Assembly (NCBI RefSeq): GCF_002571385.2
Contig: NW_019218291.1
Span: forward strand, 1 to 64,000
Source: Stylophora pistillata
Taxonomy: Eukaryota
Reading direction: 5' to 3'
DNA length: 64,000 nt
Shown here piece after piece: positions 62,370 to 64,000 of the stretch; position 1 is the first letter of the stretch, and the number at the start of each line of letters is the position of its first letter. The notes under the pieces were generated by a model. It searched no databases. It saw only the letters and a program-made list of their open reading frames with translations, and had not been told where the DNA came from. Both the position numbers and the translations under genes were made by a program.

Positions 62370-64000
62370 CTTGGTAAAAAGTAGGATAAACTATCGGCCT
62401 GGTTCGCTGAAGATACGGTAGCGGCGAGCAGTTTACAGATTGACAACCACTCCTGACACCATGTTGTAGTTCGCGAAGAACCTAGGAGGCGTAGTCGGAG
62501 AACAAACACACACTTTAATCACGTACACTAGTCGACGTAGAAAGAAGTAACAAATTGTGTTATGAATACCGCTTATATATACCAGGGGGCCTGGAAACTA
62601 ATATGCGACCGCGGACCGGAAACCGAGGCGATACTACGACAATCATCATCATCGTTTTGGTGGATCATCGCTTTTTCACCTTCATTTTATCTAAAATGGA
62701 TTTAATTAAGTAATGTTGATAACGAAGGAATCGCACGACGGTTTTTGTGTTATTAGCCATCAAATATGTAATACCGCTCACCTCTCACCTTGCGCATGGT
62801 TTATTTTTTATGAAATTGACATCGCGCAATGGTCTCAAAATACCGCATCATTAGCTACAAATCGCTTGGAAACAACTCAGTACAGTCTTAATAATTGTAT
62901 TTAAGTGTGTTCAGCCTGTTTTTACCGTGCTGCTGCTCTTTAGAGGGATGAAACAAGCGACGAGAAACACAAGGAGATCGGTAGGTCGAGTTTCAGTTGA
63001 TTTGATCGTAGCATTGAGAGGATATGTGCAGTTACAGTCACAGTCGCTCCCAGGTCTTGTTTCTTTTACTCGTGAGGGAGGAAGAGAGAGGACCCCGGGA
63101 ACTAGGTCGCCGCAAGAGAATAAAGACAGGTTCGAATCTTGATATCAGAACTAGAATGTTTAATGCTTAATGACAACTTATCAACAACTTTTCAAAGAAA
63201 AGTAAAGAAACCTTTTACTGAAGCAATTCTCCAAAGAAATTGTAGTGAAGGCCTTTAGACATGATTAAATGGACAAGTAGAGAGGTACCTTTGAGTTTTC
63301 ATGTTAAATCTACTTCGTCTTCGAAATTAAGATCTGGATAAGTAGCATGGTATACATCTCAAAATCAAATCGATAAGGAAGTTGTATTGGTTTTTGTCAA
63401 GGGATTAAAGAAAGAAAATTAAAATAAATAGCTTCAAGTTTCTATTCATAATTAGCAAGCGAAGTAAAACAAATACTGAATCCATCTGGGAACTTATTTC
63501 CGCTTTTCGTTTGCTGGACACTTTCAGGTGAAGAAATGTTCGGAGAAATATTCTGCTAACTCAGCTTAATTCTGATTGCTTTTGATCTCGTCTTGTATTC
63601 ATCATTCTTTCCATCGTCATCAACTCGTCAGACTGATATCTTCTCTGGAGCTAATTAAAGCAGTAAAAAGAAAATGAAATAGCGATAGAAGGTATCTACG
63701 TTTTGCACATAGTGTTAAGTACTTGGAGAATCTAGCTATAGCGGCTGATTTATACAATTTGAGAGAGTCAGTTTTTCTTTCTAAACACTGACGAAAAGAC
63801 AAATAAAAATATCCGAGTTAACTTACCTAAATAAAGTATGCACATATTTTCTTCGCTGCATGGCAAGAATACTCTTAACCGAGGGTATATCAGTGAGACT
63901 TAGAGATTTGAATAATTCTAAATCGATTGTCCCTAGAAAGGAAGCGGATTTTGTTACCGTAATTTACAGTGCACTGCCAACTAAAAAAAACCAATTAGAA

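Larger units (their letters stand above)
59329..62641 (-). mobile_element. Ty3/Gypsy LTR retrotransposon (Mag-like), degenerate, integrase deleted
   Basis: 180-bp TG..CA LTRs at 62462-62641 and 59329-59508; 5-bp TSD ATCAT (59324-59328, 62642-62646); PBS TGGTGTCAGGAGTGG (62461-62447), complementary to the tRNA-Leu 3' end; PPT AAGAAGAGGGGG next to the 3' LTR. Confidence 0.95.

Overview
Eukaryotic, AT-rich, intron-containing DNA. The gene set and repeat families suggest an anthozoan cnidarian, probably a stony coral (inference). Genes were reconstructed by hand from GT/AG junctions and frame continuity. They are: (1) a 12-exon FN3-TM receptor tyrosine kinase with a very long kinase insert (4809-12541, +); (2) a secreted PAN/apple + fibrinogen-domain (FReD) locus with duplicated, truncated or stop-disrupted FReD exons (about 17.7-25.8 kb, +); (3) an intronless CSRNP/Axud1 gene (-), head-to-head with (4) a solitary histone H2A lacking the 3' stem-loop (+); (5) PPP4R1 (-), including one GC-AG intron; (6) a 7-exon HPGD/15-PGDH-like short-chain dehydrogenase (-); and (7) an integrase-less Ty3/Gypsy LTR element with LTRs, PBS, PPT and TSD. 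Non-coding DNA is dense in MITEs, SINEs and Penelope remnants. The most unusual structure is an 806-bp intronic insertion flanked by a 13-bp TSD, built from tandem and inverted 248-nt monomers that each carry a tRNA-Thr(AGT)-like core. Also unusual are three sequence-unrelated repeat families sharing one double-hairpin architecture, and phase-compatible alternative FReD cassettes. No searches were run, so novelty is unverified and family assignments of non-coding repeats are inferences.
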